Assembly: GCA_013239625.1 (NCBI GenBank)
Contig: MU054001.1
Location: 933,884 to 997,883 of the forward strand
Length of the DNA stretch: 64,000 nucleotides
Source: Lama guanicoe
Taxonomy: Eukaryota
Direction of reading: 5' to 3'
The notes beneath the pieces were generated by a model. It did not search any database, was not told where the DNA came from, and worked only from the letters and a program-made list of their open reading frames with translations. Positions 1 to 12,400 of the stretch are shown piece by piece; within the stretch, counting starts at the first letter, position 1, and each line of letters starts with the position of its first letter. The translations under genes were made by a program, and so were the position numbers.

Positions 1-617
1 CTCTGGGAAAATTCTGCCTCGCCTGATTTTTTAGAAGTCAAACTGGTCCCCTCTTTCTATCACCATCATTTGTAGAAGGTTCTTAATATTCAAACCAGAT
101 CCCGTTTAACCTTTAGCCCAACGGAGCTTTACTTACTTCAAACCCCTTTGGCTCACAGAGGCCTGGCTTCCTTCAGGCTCAGGCTGTAAATGTTTGACTT
201 TGATTTGAGATACATGACAATAAATTAGGGGACATTTATCAAAGCTGCTTTTTGCATAAATTACCGCATTATACAAACACACTTAGCAGGATCCTGCTGC
301 TTTGATGTTGGGAGTCAAGATTTATGTGCAATGGAGTTTTTATTTATCTGCCCTGTTCACCCCTACAAGAGCTGGACACAGTTCTCAATTAGTCCCATAC
401 GTCTCGAAATGACATGTATCTCTCGCAACTTGAGTCGAGGGAACAAAGACACTTAAGCCCCATCCAAGTGGCCTTTTTAAGGAGATGAGAAGCTTTATCG
501 GACCCAGAATGTCTCTGAATTCTTTCTCCGGAGAGCAGATTGAACAGCATTTGAATGAGTTGCTCTGGAATTTTCTCCACCATTTAAAAAAAAAATTGAA
601 TAGAAGAAAGAGCTTTC

Positions 618-654
618 TATTATTATTGTTGTTGTTGTTGTTGTTGTTGTTGTT
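618..654. repeat. Compound microsatellite (TAT)3(TGT)~9
   Basis: tattattattgttgttgttg... read directly; it explains the poly-L/poly-T runs in ORFs 485..688 and 495..830. Confidence 0.95.
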
Positions 655-1622
655 TTATTCAAGGAGCCACAGAAACATACATTCCTAGCCTGCAGATTCA
701 GATAAAGAGATACATGCATCGCCCTTGTCTGGGGCTTCTGATTTTCTAAATTTAGCACCACGGAGTGCACCCCAGAGGGGTAGAGATCTGTGCAACCCGG
801 CGGAGTGAGGCCAAGAATTTTAGATCTCACTGGCTGTTAAAAATTTCTGTGTCTTCACTGAGGTGACTACCCCAAAGGTACTGTGTCTCCCCTTTTTGGC
901 ATAAAGATATTTTTAAAAGGAGAATTACCACTCCCATTACCATTCTTTCAGAAAAGATGATGCAGTTGTCAAAACATGGCATGTGAAGCTGGGAGATGCC
1001 GTGGCTCAGATGAGCAGCCACGTCCGAAGGGAGCAAGGTCGCCCCTTCGGAGTAGCTGTAGCCCATTCTTCAGATAGAGGGCTCAAGGGCTCTTCCTCGT
1101 CCAGTTCTGGAATATCGTGTAGATAACCTTCCGCCCCACTCAGAGGCCAGGGAGGGTGGGACAGAGATCTGGAATGGGGAAGCTATGAGTGTAGCCCCAC
1201 CGGGCAGGAGGGAGCTCCAGGGCAGGGAGGCACGGCTGGCAGTGGAGGGACTTACACAACGGGAAGCATCGTGCCTGAGCATAACAGCCATGTCGAAATG
1301 CCCAAGGCAGCCCCTGTGGGGAGCAACCTGGAAAGCATCGGGAAGGCAGCTCTCCCACTCAGCCGTGAAAAGTAGACCTTCTCCCTTCCCTCCATCCCCC
1401 GGGGACATATTCCCCATGACCCCATTTACACCCTGAAGCTTACCTTCATTCTCAGTGTAGCCAACTCATTGTCCCTAAAGCCCCAGCTAAGCGCAGACAA
1501 AGCCAGGGGCACGAGTAAGAGAAAGGTACAATTTAAGGAGGGATTTGGCTGAGTGACGATGAGACGAGATGACGCTTCAAAATGGGGAAGATTGTGGGAT
1601 AAAGGAGGCAGAAATATTTAAG

Positions 1623-1850
1623 AATAATAATGATAATACAGTCATGTTTGCATCTGTCAAACACCTGTTCTGGCCAAGCACTAATGCACGGTGTCATTGA
1701 ACTTTCCGCATGTCCTATGGGGTAGGACCTAGTTGATTAGCCCCATTTGACAAATGAGAAAATCAAGGCTCAAAGAGGACACATTGATCTCCCCAGGTCA
1801 CTCAACTTGTCAACCACAGAGCCAGGACATGAAGCCAGACTGACTGCGGA
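1623..1850 (-). mobile_element. MIR SINE
   Basis: Reverse MIR core ccccatttgacaaatgagaaaatcaaggctcaaagagg...ccaggtcactcaact...agagccagga. Confidence 0.85.
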
Positions 1851-2694
1851 GCATCCCGACTGCTAGACAGCCAGCACATCTAGAGGGGGAGGGTGGGCAC
1901 TGGGATGAGCAGCTGATAAGGTCGTTACTAGGGCTCTGAAGTAGTCAGAGCATCAGAGGGTGGGGTCCCTACTCTCTGCAGGATCACAGCACTTAGTAGA
2001 GAAATAGCAGCAAAGGGTAGTAGAGTTTCCATTCAGGAAGGTCTTGACCGCATTAAAGAGTTTGTGAAATTTCATGACCAACTGAGTGACAGAGCTAGGG
2101 GAGCCCACACCTGTCGCAGGTGGCCCCCAGATGGCCTTCCCGCAAAGGGCTCTGCCAGTACAGTGTCCCCGAGCTGACCAGACAGGAGCAGAGATGGTGA
2201 AAAGCCTTCCCACGTGGCCAGGAATCACCCCCCACCTTGGCCATTTCCGTGAAGCCAAGGGCTCCACCTGATCCTGTCCAGCCACGAGCCTTCCACACCA
2301 AGGGTGCTGAGCTGGAGGTCATTACTAAAACATCCAGGCTCTGGGCAGAAATCTCCTATAATCCCAATCCACAACCCAACTGGTGAAGCAGGTGGCGGAC
2401 ACAGCGCCCATGACAAAATCTTGGACATTTTGGTGGAAAGAGGAAAACCCTAGACTTTGTAGACTTCCACACTTCCCCTCAGTAGCTAAATGACCTTAAC
2501 CATTTCCCTGCCTTCCCTGCCCACCCCTTTCCACCCCCGGGAATTTTGTATTAAAATACATTTTTCACAGGGCTATTGAAAAAAATTAGAAGAGTTCATG
2601 GGGCAAAGGGAAGCTTGCACAGTGGTTGACACCTTGTAGGAGCTCAAGTTAAGCTAACTCCATTCTTCCTAAGTCTGTTCCAACAGGTAGGTAT

Positions 2695-5210
2695 TTTTTT
2701 TTATGATGATAAATTTGTAAACAAAATTTAAGTTTAGATTTACAGAGTCATTCTGAAGGTAGTACAGCATTGCTGTCTACTCCACACCCTTCCCTTTAAT
2801 ATTAACATCTTACGTTAGCAAGTTCACTTGACATCGTTGATGAACCAATACAGATCCATTGTTATTAACTAAAGTCCATACTGTATTCAGATTTTCTCCC
2901 CTTTTCCCTCATGTCCTTTTCTGTTCCAGGATCCCATCCAATACCACATTACATTTACTCGTCATGCCTCCTTAGTTTCCTCTCGACTGTGACAGTTTGT
3001 CAGAATTTCTGTTTCTGATGACCTTGACAGTTTTAAGCAGGACTGATCAGGTATTTTTGCGATCTGTCCCTCAGTTGGGATTTGTCTGATGTTTTTCTCA
3101 TGATGAGACTGAGCTAATGTGTTCTGGGGAAGGAGACCACAGAGGTCAAGATCCGTCTTTGTCCGATTGCATCAAGGGGACGTACTCCCAACATGACTTA
3201 TCGCCTTGATAACTAGGGCTTGATCACTGGGCTTGAGGTGGTATTTGTCAGGTGTCTCCACTGTGAAGTCATTCTTTCTTGTCTCCTTTTCCATACGATC
3301 CTCCCTGGATGAAAGTTACTTAAGGAGTGGGAGGTTTTGGTTCACCTCCTTGAGGGCAGAGTATCTACAAAAATTACTTGAAATTCTTCTGCACCAAAGG
3401 TTGATCTACTCTCCCCCTATTTCATAACTTATTCACCCATTTATTTAAGTCAGCATGGACTCATGGATATTTATATTTTTACTTTAGGTCATCATCCAAT
3501 ACTACTTTATTTTGGTGCTTAAATTGTTGTAGCTCTGGCCACTGGGAGTGCTTTTCCTTGGACCCTGTATCCCTTTGACATAGTCCTATCGTTATAGGTT
3601 TGGTTTTCTGGTTGTGTTTCATTTTTCCACACATTCTTACTTTCTGGCACTACAGGATGCTCCAGGCTCATCTGGTATCGTTCATGCCCAAGTCCTGGGG
3701 TCCTAAAATCAGCCATTTCTCCACACACTGGTTCTTTTTATTGGAGAATGATATTAGAAATCAAGATCTGGGCACTAGCTATGGATGTGACAACTGGGGT
3801 GTCATTAATTCTAAGCCTTCTTAGCGGACAGAGCAAGGAGATATATGTGTGTATACTAACCCATGAATATACACATATGTATTAAAACTTCTGCATCTAA
3901 CTATATGTGTCTATGTCAAGCTCAACGTGAGTTCATTTTGATGTCTCCAACTCTGATCCATCCCCATATGGCTTATTCCAGCCTTCTCCTTTTGCTTAAC
4001 TGTAACCCACTTCAAGTGGGAAAAACCTGGTTACTGCCATCGGCCATCCACTTACTTCATTGTTCAGTTCTGGTATACAAGTATAATGGTTTCAGAGCTG
4101 TTAACCACACCTTTGTGGAAAATAACCTTATCACCTAGAGTAGAGGGCTTATGTTTCCTTTGCCTGGAGTCTTACAATTCCACTCATTGCCAAAGAGATT
4201 AAGGTCAGCATCTTATTCTCCCATACCCTTCAGTGGGATTATTTCACACATTCGGAATATAGTTAGATTGTGGTGTCATATTCTACATTCCATCTTGGAA
4301 TCCCTCAACCTCCTAAATTATTTCTTTAAATATATATATACATACATCAAGGTATACTCTTCAAGCTGCAAAATTCTAGGGGTTTTGACAAATGCATAAA
4401 TATCTTATATTCACCATCCCAATCACACTCGAAAGAGTATCACTGACCTAAAAAAATCTACTGTGCTCCATTTATTCAACCCTTCCCCACTCCATCTTGA
4501 ACCCCTGGCAATTCCTAAGCTTTTTACCATCTCTTTGGTTTTGCCTTTTCCAGAATGTCATATCATGGAAAGCCTACACTATGTAGCTTGTTCAGCTTGG
4601 CTTCTCTCACTGAAAAATACATTTAAGATTCATTCATATCTTTCCATAGCTTGATAGTTTGTTGCTTTTTGTTGCTGAATAATATTCCGTGTATGGATGT
4701 ACCACAGTCTGTTTATCCTTTCACCTACTGAAGGACATTGTGGTTGCTTCTAGATTTGGGTGATTATGAATAGAGCTGCTGTAAACATTCATAGGTGGGT
4801 TTTTTATAGACATGCTTTCCAATCAGTTGGGTGAAAACGTAGGGGTTCAATTGCTGGGTTGTATGGTTAGAGCACATTTACTTTTGTAAGAAACCACCAA
4901 CCTGCCTTCCAGATGACTGTAGCACTTTGCATTCTCACCAGCAATAAGTGAGAGTTTCTCTTGTACATTCAGCGGTTGGTATTGTCATTTTTTTGGATTT
5001 TAGTGAATCTAATAGATGGATAGTGATATCTCTTCTTTTATTTAAATTTGCAAACCCTTAATACCAAATAATACTGAGTTGCTTTTCATGTGCTCATTCG
5101 TCATCTGTATATCTTCTTTGGAGAGTTATCTGTTCAGATCTTTTGATCATGTTTATAGGAGGTGATTTGTGTTTTCTTATTACTGAATTCTCAGAGTTCT
5201 TTTTTCTTGT
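2695..5210 (-). mobile_element. L1MC-type LINE-1 3' portion (3' UTR plus decayed ORF2 end), ~2.5 kb
   Basis: Diagnostic segments ttattaactaaagtccatact, ctgttccaggatcccatcca, ttttgccttttccagaatgtcata, gtatggatgtaccacagt, ttgcattctcaccagcaat. Confidence 0.85.
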
Positions 5211-5712
5211 CTTCATTATCGTCTCTGGGCCAGTTCCATCCATGTCTCCCCTACCTCCCTGCATCTCTATCATCCTGAGCTGAGAACACATGGAATCCAT
5301 CCCCCTGACCTCGCACATCCAGGCTGGGAGGAGTAGGAAGGGGCGGCTCTCCAATCATGACCAGCAGAGACTTAGCGGCCTCCCTGGGTGCCATGACTGA
5401 TTCTGAAAGAGCTCAGCCACACTGAGCCAAACACCCTCTTGACGCCCCTGGGTGCCCCACGGTGCACGCACCTCGTGAGACCCTGTCTTCAGGAAAACTC
5501 CCCTCCCCAGTCCTGGATCTGACTCAGTAACAACTTCGGAGCAACACATCTAAAGACTGCAATGTTTTAAGGTGCCAGGATCCTTAAAGAGCGTTTAGTT
5601 CATTTTCTAGATGAATAAACTGAGACTCAGCTCATAGATGTTACTAGATGCTCCACTAGGAAAGGGTAAACAGAGTTTGTTATATTGAGGATCAAGCACA
5701 AACTTCTTCATT

Positions 5713-5850
5713 CTTTGCTACTCAAAACGTGGTAACTTGAGCAGCATGTGGGAGCCTGTTAAAAATACAGACACTCAAGCCCGGCTCCAGACCTACAACC
5801 TGAATCGGAACCTAGTTGACTGGAATGTTCATGAACGTTTCAGAACACTG
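5713..5850. mobile_element. MER5A-like hAT-Charlie DNA transposon remnant
   Basis: tgctactcaaaacgtggt...gggagcctgttaaaaatacagacactcaagccc...ccagacctac...cagaacactg. Confidence 0.7.
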
Positions 5851-6499
5851 TATTTACTCAGTGATTTCTCAAATCCTGATTGAACATCTACTACACGGCA
5901 TGCGTCGTGTTGAGCACTGACTCATCACGGAAAGATAGCGACTGCTCTCAAGAAGTTAGTCTTGTGTGGACACTCCCATCATCAAGTTACTTTGCTAGTA
6001 ACTGGCAGATTGACTGCAATGATGATTTATATCATAACAAAAGAGTGTATTTGGGAATCAGAGACCCAACCCGAAGGGTAGATAGGATTGAGCTGGGTTA
6101 AAGACAACATGGGTGATGAATCTAGTTGCATGGTGGATGCAGAGGATGGAGCTGCAAAAATTCCCACACTTGTGTCATCTAGGGATCCACAGAGCACGTC
6201 AAAGGGTTGACATCCTACAAAATGCTGCCCTGGAAGTGATACGACCAACCCAAGATCCCAAAAGATGGCAGAGCGAGAACCTGAACCCAGCTCCTCTGCC
6301 TCCCAAAACTAAGCCCTTTCCACCACTCATGCCACCCTATCCTGGTCCCTGGGAGTCCCCCGAGGATGACACAGAGAACCAGGACCTGGACATCAGGCTG
6401 GCTGCCAACCAGGCTGGACACACATGCAAGTTATTTTCATGGGGCAGCAAATTCTGGAAAATATGTGGTTTAGAAGCAACATAATTATCATCCTCTAAA

Positions 6500-8830
6500 A
6501 TTAGGCTCATAGTCTAAACAACCCCTAGTCTTCCTTCTGCAAAAAAACAAACAATCGCAGGCAGGAAGCCTGCAGCGAGGAGGGTCATGTTGGCCAACAA
6601 GCCTGCTGGTCTCCCTGCTGAGCTAAAAAGGCAAACAGCATGCAAAAATGTAAATATTATATTATTTTTCAAATACCACCTATTCCATTCTCGCCCCAGC
6701 TGGCTCAGTCCGTCCACCTCAACGCCCTCAGGATGCGGCGCCGCTCAGCGCTTCGGCCGTGCAATACATGGATGTCTTTTTTTTCAGAAGCCATTATCTA
6801 AACTGCTGATGTAATAAGGCCCCGGTATATGAAATTCACTTAATAACTCACGCTTCGTTATTTATTGTGAACCGGGGTGCATTCTCCTTGATTCCATTTC
6901 CCAGCGAAATATAAGTGCAGCTTTCATCAGGAGCGCCTGAATTTATGGCAAACAGACCGAGTGACATTGAGAAAGCCGCACAATCCCTGCATTCAGCCTT
7001 TAATAAGGAAGCCAAGGAAAAATTATCCTAGCTGGTTTGCGGGTGACAGCACAAGAACTTTCTGGAGTCAGAAAGTTAGCACCGCGCCTCCTTGTCAGCC
7101 CATTAAAAAGCAAAGCTGGCATGGCGTGATATTAGAACCATGTGTGAGAAGGAATTTCTCCTCTGGTAAGACATTCCAAATACTGTCTCTGAGCCAAAGA
7201 CTTTGGTGTTAGACTAATTTAAGCAGCATGTTGAAATCAGCGCTCAGAACTTTGATCATACGGAGATCGTTTGTTACAAATTGAACTAACCCAGTCTCTA
7301 TTTCTGGCGGATCAGAACTCTGGATTTGTTGAATTAAATGCCTCATTTAGTGCCGTTTGCACATGAAAAGGAACGCTGCACTCAGGAATCTGATAGTGAA
7401 TTTTTCACCTAACCAACAGGTCTACTTTTTTATTACTTTTAAACCTAATCCATACTCAGTCCACACTGTTCCTAATAACCCCAGGGCTGTTCAGAGTGAA
7501 GTTTTAAATCAATTCCCATGTCATGGGGGGTTGGGGGGGGTGGCGGGGAGGTGAGGGGCGGTGGCAGGGCAGCCCGGATTGCTGAGCCATCCTTGAATTA
7601 TCAAACCATGTAATAAAGAACATATTGGAACCCGGCACCAAAATAAAAGAGAAGAGAGAGGGGGGGGAAAAAAAAAAGCCAAAAGCAAAATAAATTAGTC
7701 CTCAGTTGTTATTTACTGTCTAAATAACCCAGTTTCCTTTCATGACAACTGTGGGCTAAAATAGCAAAATGATTTTGCAGACCTATGATTTTCGTCCTGT
7801 TGCCTGTCTGGTCCAGCTGAAACGACCAGGGAGGGAGGTTAAAAGGGCACAAAATAGACCATTTCCACATATGGCTACACTTTCTTTTCATTTTTGAAGT
7901 TATAATATCTTTAACTGTAGATAATGATATTATAAACTGTCATTTAGTGCATTTTAAGTGTATTACATACATGAAACAAAGATCTAGAAGGAGCTGCAGC
8001 TGAAGTCTTAACAAAAACATTGTGACTCAGACCCGCCAAGCGGGAGACAGGTATTGGTTTCGCTGAGAACATCGCGGAGCAGATAATCACAAACACAGAC
8101 GGTGAGCGGACTCCTGGGCATGAATTGTGATCGCAGCCAAGACTGGGCAATGGTGATTTAATAGTAATTAACTGTTAATTATTAACACTCAAATGTCAAC
8201 CAGAGAGTCTGCGGTTTTACTTCTGTAGCATTTGATTCGCCCAAAACTTGGTTTCCTAAAATTTATCTCCAGGTGGGGGTGGAAGGTGCGCAGAGAAAGT
8301 CAGGAAAACATCTCTGCTTCAGCTCTTGAAACAGCCCTGCTATCTTCTCAACCAGGGGGAAGAAAAAAAAAACACCTGTATTTAGGAGAGTGATGTTTCC
8401 TAAGCCCAGTGTGCAGCTAATTCATAAATATCCTCTCCTCTGGGCTTAAAAATCCTCTTGAATGAGGATTGCCTTCATTTAAAAGGAAAATAATTAATTT
8501 CCCTTAAAAAGTTACTGCTCTTGTGTGCCAGAAAAATCAACAGATGATTCCTTAGTTTTATTGGCATGAAGACAAGGTTGATTCCCTCACCTCCTCCGCC
8601 CGCCCCCACTTTGGAGAAAGAAAACTGTTACGAAACAGATAACGATAATAAATGTTTTATTGGTGAAAAAAGAAAGATCAAATCTTTAATGAAATCAGGA
8701 TGGGCTTTGGAGATGAACTCCGTCTGAACTCGCCAGGATTCATGGAACTTCAATTAAAACAATTTCAGAAGGGCAGCTGACAGCAAGGCGCTGGGAAGTG
8801 TAATTAAAATTGAGCAAGATTTTAGCACCG
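6500..8830. promoter_or_regulatory. Candidate conserved non-coding enhancer block
   Basis: ~2.3 kb with no recognisable interspersed repeat, retained CpGs, many TAAT/TTTAT motifs, TGAATTTATGG (6938-6948), perfect HNF1 palindrome (8174-8186), RUNX-type TGCGGTT (8210-8216); conservation inferred only. Confidence 0.6.
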
Positions 8831-9154
8831 GGCTTCCTAGCAGGATCCTGAGGGTGTGTGGTAGCCCAGGGGAGGGGGCAGTGGGGAGGAGGGGGCCTGG
8901 GAGGCGCGGTGAGGATTGTAAGCAACACAGGTAAGAAGTCCCACAGATGCTCGAGTCCCAGGCGTCAGCTCACAATATGTAATTCTTCATCCACCATTTT
9001 CACCTCCATCCATGTGGTTGTAGGAAACTGGTTTCTTGGGCTGGAGACTGACGTTTTCAACCCGAAAACAGCCTCTGGTGAAGTCACACACAAGGAATCC
9101 AGTTAGAAGATCATTAAGGCCATGCAATGTTAAAGCACAGGATCTAGACCCAGT

Positions 9155-9388
9155 CTAGAGCCAGCAGGTGCAAAGCTGACTTTTCCACATACCAGCTGTG
9201 GGACCGTAAGCGAGTTACTCAACCTCGCCAAGCCTCATTTTTCCCAGCTGAGAAATGGGGTGGTGGTAGCCCCCAGCTCTCAGAGTCATTGAGAGGTTTA
9301 ACAGGCTATATTCCAAGTAAAGTACTTGACGCGGTGCCTGGCACCTCCTTAGCGCCCAGTAATGGTGAGCAAATATTGTTATTTATTA
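9155..9388 (+). mobile_element. MIR SINE
   Basis: cagctgtgggaccgtaagcgagttactcaacctc...gcctcatttttcccagctgagaaatgggg...gtgcctggcac. Confidence 0.85.
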
Positions 9389-9900
9389 GAGTTGAAAATT
9401 AGGAACGTTAACTCCGGAAGTTCAGCATCTTCTTTTAAGAGGCAAAGCCTTCTACCAGGTGTGGATGAAACGGAGGCTCTACAAAGTGACATGTGGGGCG
9501 TCTGAGGGGCTTTGCATGAGGAACATTGGGATTTTGGAAACGAGAGTTAGTACCCACCTCTTAGAGAGGCCTGGCTGGCATTGGCGGGGATGTGTGGCTG
9601 AGACCTGGACCTCGGAGAGACGGGTTCAGCCTCCCTTCAGACAAGAAGAAAAAGAGGTAAGAGGAAAGGAAAGAGGAACTGGAAGGAAGACAGGAAAGCA
9701 GGGGGGTGTGGAAGGGAGAAAGGAGAGGCTTCGGTCCACGGCACTCTCTGGCCCCACTCCTTTCCATTGCCTTAGATGCGCAAGAGTTGCAGCCCTACGG
9801 CAAACCTGCCTCTGACCTGAGCTGGCACGAGTGGGTTTCTATTCCTTGGCCACCCGAAGAGCTCTCTCCACCACTCGGACAGTCTCACTAAATGACAGGG

Positions 9901-10049
9901 GGCAGGGGTGGGGTCGGGGAGGGTATAGCTCAAGCACTAAAGCTTAGCATGCACGAGGTCCTGGCTTCAATCCCCAGTACCTCCTCTAAGAATAAATGAA
10001 TAAATAAACTTAATTACCTCCCCCTAAAAAAATTAAATTAAGTTTTTTA
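9901..10049 (+). mobile_element. Camelid tRNA-derived SINE (vic-1-like)
   Basis: ggggagggtatagctcaag (A box)...gaggtcctggcttcaatccccagtacctcc (B box), AT-rich tail with taattacctccccc; TSD-like aaatg[a/t]caggg at 9890-9900 and 10050-10060. Confidence 0.9.
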
Positions 10050-10494
10050 AAATGTCAGGGAACAGTTTCCCCCCCATGGCCGTGGTCACAGATATCCAGC
10101 TCCATGGGGCACAGTGGGAGCGGGGTTTGCACACAGCACCCCCAGGGATCCCTGAGAGTCACCTAGAACAGACCGGGACTCACTAACGCGCCAAACCCAA
10201 CAGGCAGCACTTGGCCAGGGCTCCCACTTGTAATGGATCCAGACAGCAGTGCACCAGGCAGGGCCCACCAGCCCCCTGGAGAGAACATCTCTCTGCCACC
10301 GAGGACTAGGGGCCTGACTCAGCAGTTTCCTGAAGCTTTATAACCCCTCTGAGGAAGGAGCTCCACACTGGCTTTGAGGAACTAGCTAAGGATTTTAAGT
10401 TAAGTCAACTTTCTAATGGTATAGAGAATCCCTGCCTGTGAGTCATAGAAAAAAAATTAATTACATATCCTTTGGACTGCCTTCTGTGGGGTTT

Positions 10495-10514
10495 TATATA
10501 TATATATATATATA
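10495..10514. repeat. (TA)n microsatellite
   Basis: tatatatatatatatatata read directly. Confidence 0.9.
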
Positions 10515-10799
10515 GGTGCAGCAGCAGAATTACCTTCCAAATTATATTGGGTCCAGGTTATTAAAATGGCTTTCAATTCCCTGAGTATACGCAGTGATAG
10601 ACAGTGGGCAGGGATGCTGAAGCACTGGGATGCTTTCCTGTCCTTTTTTCAACTTCTTGCAGGTAAGTCACAGGCAGATAACTGAGAATTGACCGCTTCC
10701 ATCTCCAATTAATCCATTTCCTCTGGTGTCTGTTTTTACTCCTAGACTTCCCCTGGTTTCCAGTCCAAACCAACACTCTTTTAATACTCCAAATCCATT

Positions 10800-11160
10800 A
10801 GACACTTCTCTCTTCCCCCATGAACAAAGGGGAAATGTTTTCGTGCAACTTTATGGAAGCCATCCATCTCCCTGAGAGACTTGCTACGCTCAACAGAATC
10901 CACATTATAACTTATGCAAAACAGAGGACGGCGGCGTGGGGGGGAATCCCGCTTTCTTTGAGCAGTAGCAATGCATTAAAGAAAACATGCATTTCTGCTG
11001 AAATTCATATTGGTAAATGGATTTCCCATCTGAAACATTGTTTTTCAAAAGAGAAGCTTTTAATCCCCTTCAGGTCCTTTCTAATCTGCCTTGGAAGCGC
11101 TTGTCTCAGGAATATAACAGTGCTGATATAACAGATTTAATTTATTAGCACGAGACAGCA
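10800..11160. promoter_or_regulatory. Candidate non-coding regulatory element
   Basis: Repeat-free; contains GAACAAAG (SOX-like), TTTATGG, TAATCC/TAATCT (bicoid-class homeodomain), TTAATTTATTA. Confidence 0.35.
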
Positions 11161-11789
11161 GCCAGCCAGCAGAGTACACGAGGGTGCACACTCGCTGCCG
11201 GCTGAGTGGGGTTGTCCAGCGGATGGGCCAGTGCCCTAAAACTTGGCCAAGGGTCTCAGTGAGACAGGCATCCCCTACTGCCTAGTCAGATGGGCCACCC
11301 CAGGGAGCCGATGGCCCCAGTGAGCCAAGAGTCAGAAGGACAAGAGATGCAAAGGCCACTCTGACCATATCTCGTCCCACTCCCAACCAAGGGAAGAAAA
11401 TGATACATAGGTCAAGGACCCCTACTCGATCCCAGTTCTGCTGGACCTGGAGAGGCAGCAGCAAGTTCACTCTGTCGGCTTGGCCTGCCTCTTTCTCCAA
11501 CCCAGTCAGCTGACCTGAGACAGCTGGAGACGTGGGATGGCTGAGCCCACCTGGCTGGGCTGTTTCAAACCAGCATGGCGGCCCCAGGTACATGCTCACA
11601 AAGCTCCATTTCCTCTTTTTCAGAACAGAAAGCTGTTTATTTATTCACTCAACCCACGCTTATTAATGTCATCAAGAGTCAGCCTCTGACACAGAAGTAA
11701 CACTCTTCCAGCTCCAGGAGAGTACAAATGATCTCAACACGGAGCATCAATGTCACCTTCAAAGTTGGCATCTCTGCTGTCACATGTGG

Positions 11790-12036
11790 TGTGACACCAC
11801 AGTGGTCAAGAGGATGGCATCTGGAGCCAGAAAGTCCTAGGTTCAGATCTTCGCTCCAGCACTTGCAGGGTGGGAGACCTCCCTTAAGTTATTCAACCTT
11901 GCTGAGCTACTGTTTTCTCATCTGTAGAATGGGAACGTGACCATCTACCTCCAGTGAGAAATAAATGACCTCATGATATAAAATGCTTACTAGGTGCCTG
12001 CACATACTAAGTGTTAATTAATTATAACTATTATTA
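11790..12036 (+). mobile_element. Near full-length MIR SINE
   Basis: cagtggtcaagaggatggcatctggagccagaaagtcctaggttcagatc...ttttctcatctgtagaatggga...gtgcctgcacatactaagtg. Confidence 0.9.
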
Positions 12037-12074
12037 TGTATGTAGGTTAACCTGCAGACACATTTACCCCTTCG

Positions 12075-12210
12075 GTTTATTCATTAATTCCCCCAAATAT
12101 TTCTTGAGCACTTATGATGTGTCAGGCTCTGCTAGACACTCCATATTTGGGACCAGGGAGAAAGCAGGGGAGGGAGAGATGCCTGATAAAAATCATCCTT
12201 GATGGAAGTG
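12075..12210 (-). mobile_element. L2 3' end fragment
   Basis: tttattcattaattcccccaaatatttcttgagcacttatgatgtgtcaggctctgctag. Confidence 0.7.
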
Positions 12211-12279
12211 CAATTTTGCATCTATTCTTCCATTTAAATTTCACACGCATACACAGACTCACAGTAGATATTTAAAGCA

Positions 12280-12400
12280 GATAGAATCATTCCCATTTTA
12301 CAGATGAGTGGAGAGATCCGGAGAGGTTAGGGGACTTTGTCCAAATGGCAAAGCTGAAAAGAGCCAGGATGGTGGAGTTGGGGTGGGGGAGTCTCAGACA
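12280..12400 (-). mobile_element. MIR fragment
   Basis: tcccattttacagatgag...gagaggttaggggactttgtccaa. Confidence 0.75.

Noticed and set aside
485..830. ORFs with a poly-Leu hydrophobic stretch or poly-Thr
   Set aside because: Artefact of the (TGT)n microsatellite
9916..9990. tRNA-like A/B boxes (also at 14940-15010 and 18460-18530)
   Set aside because: SINE heads with AT-rich tails and TSDs; no intact cloverleaf, so not tRNA genes
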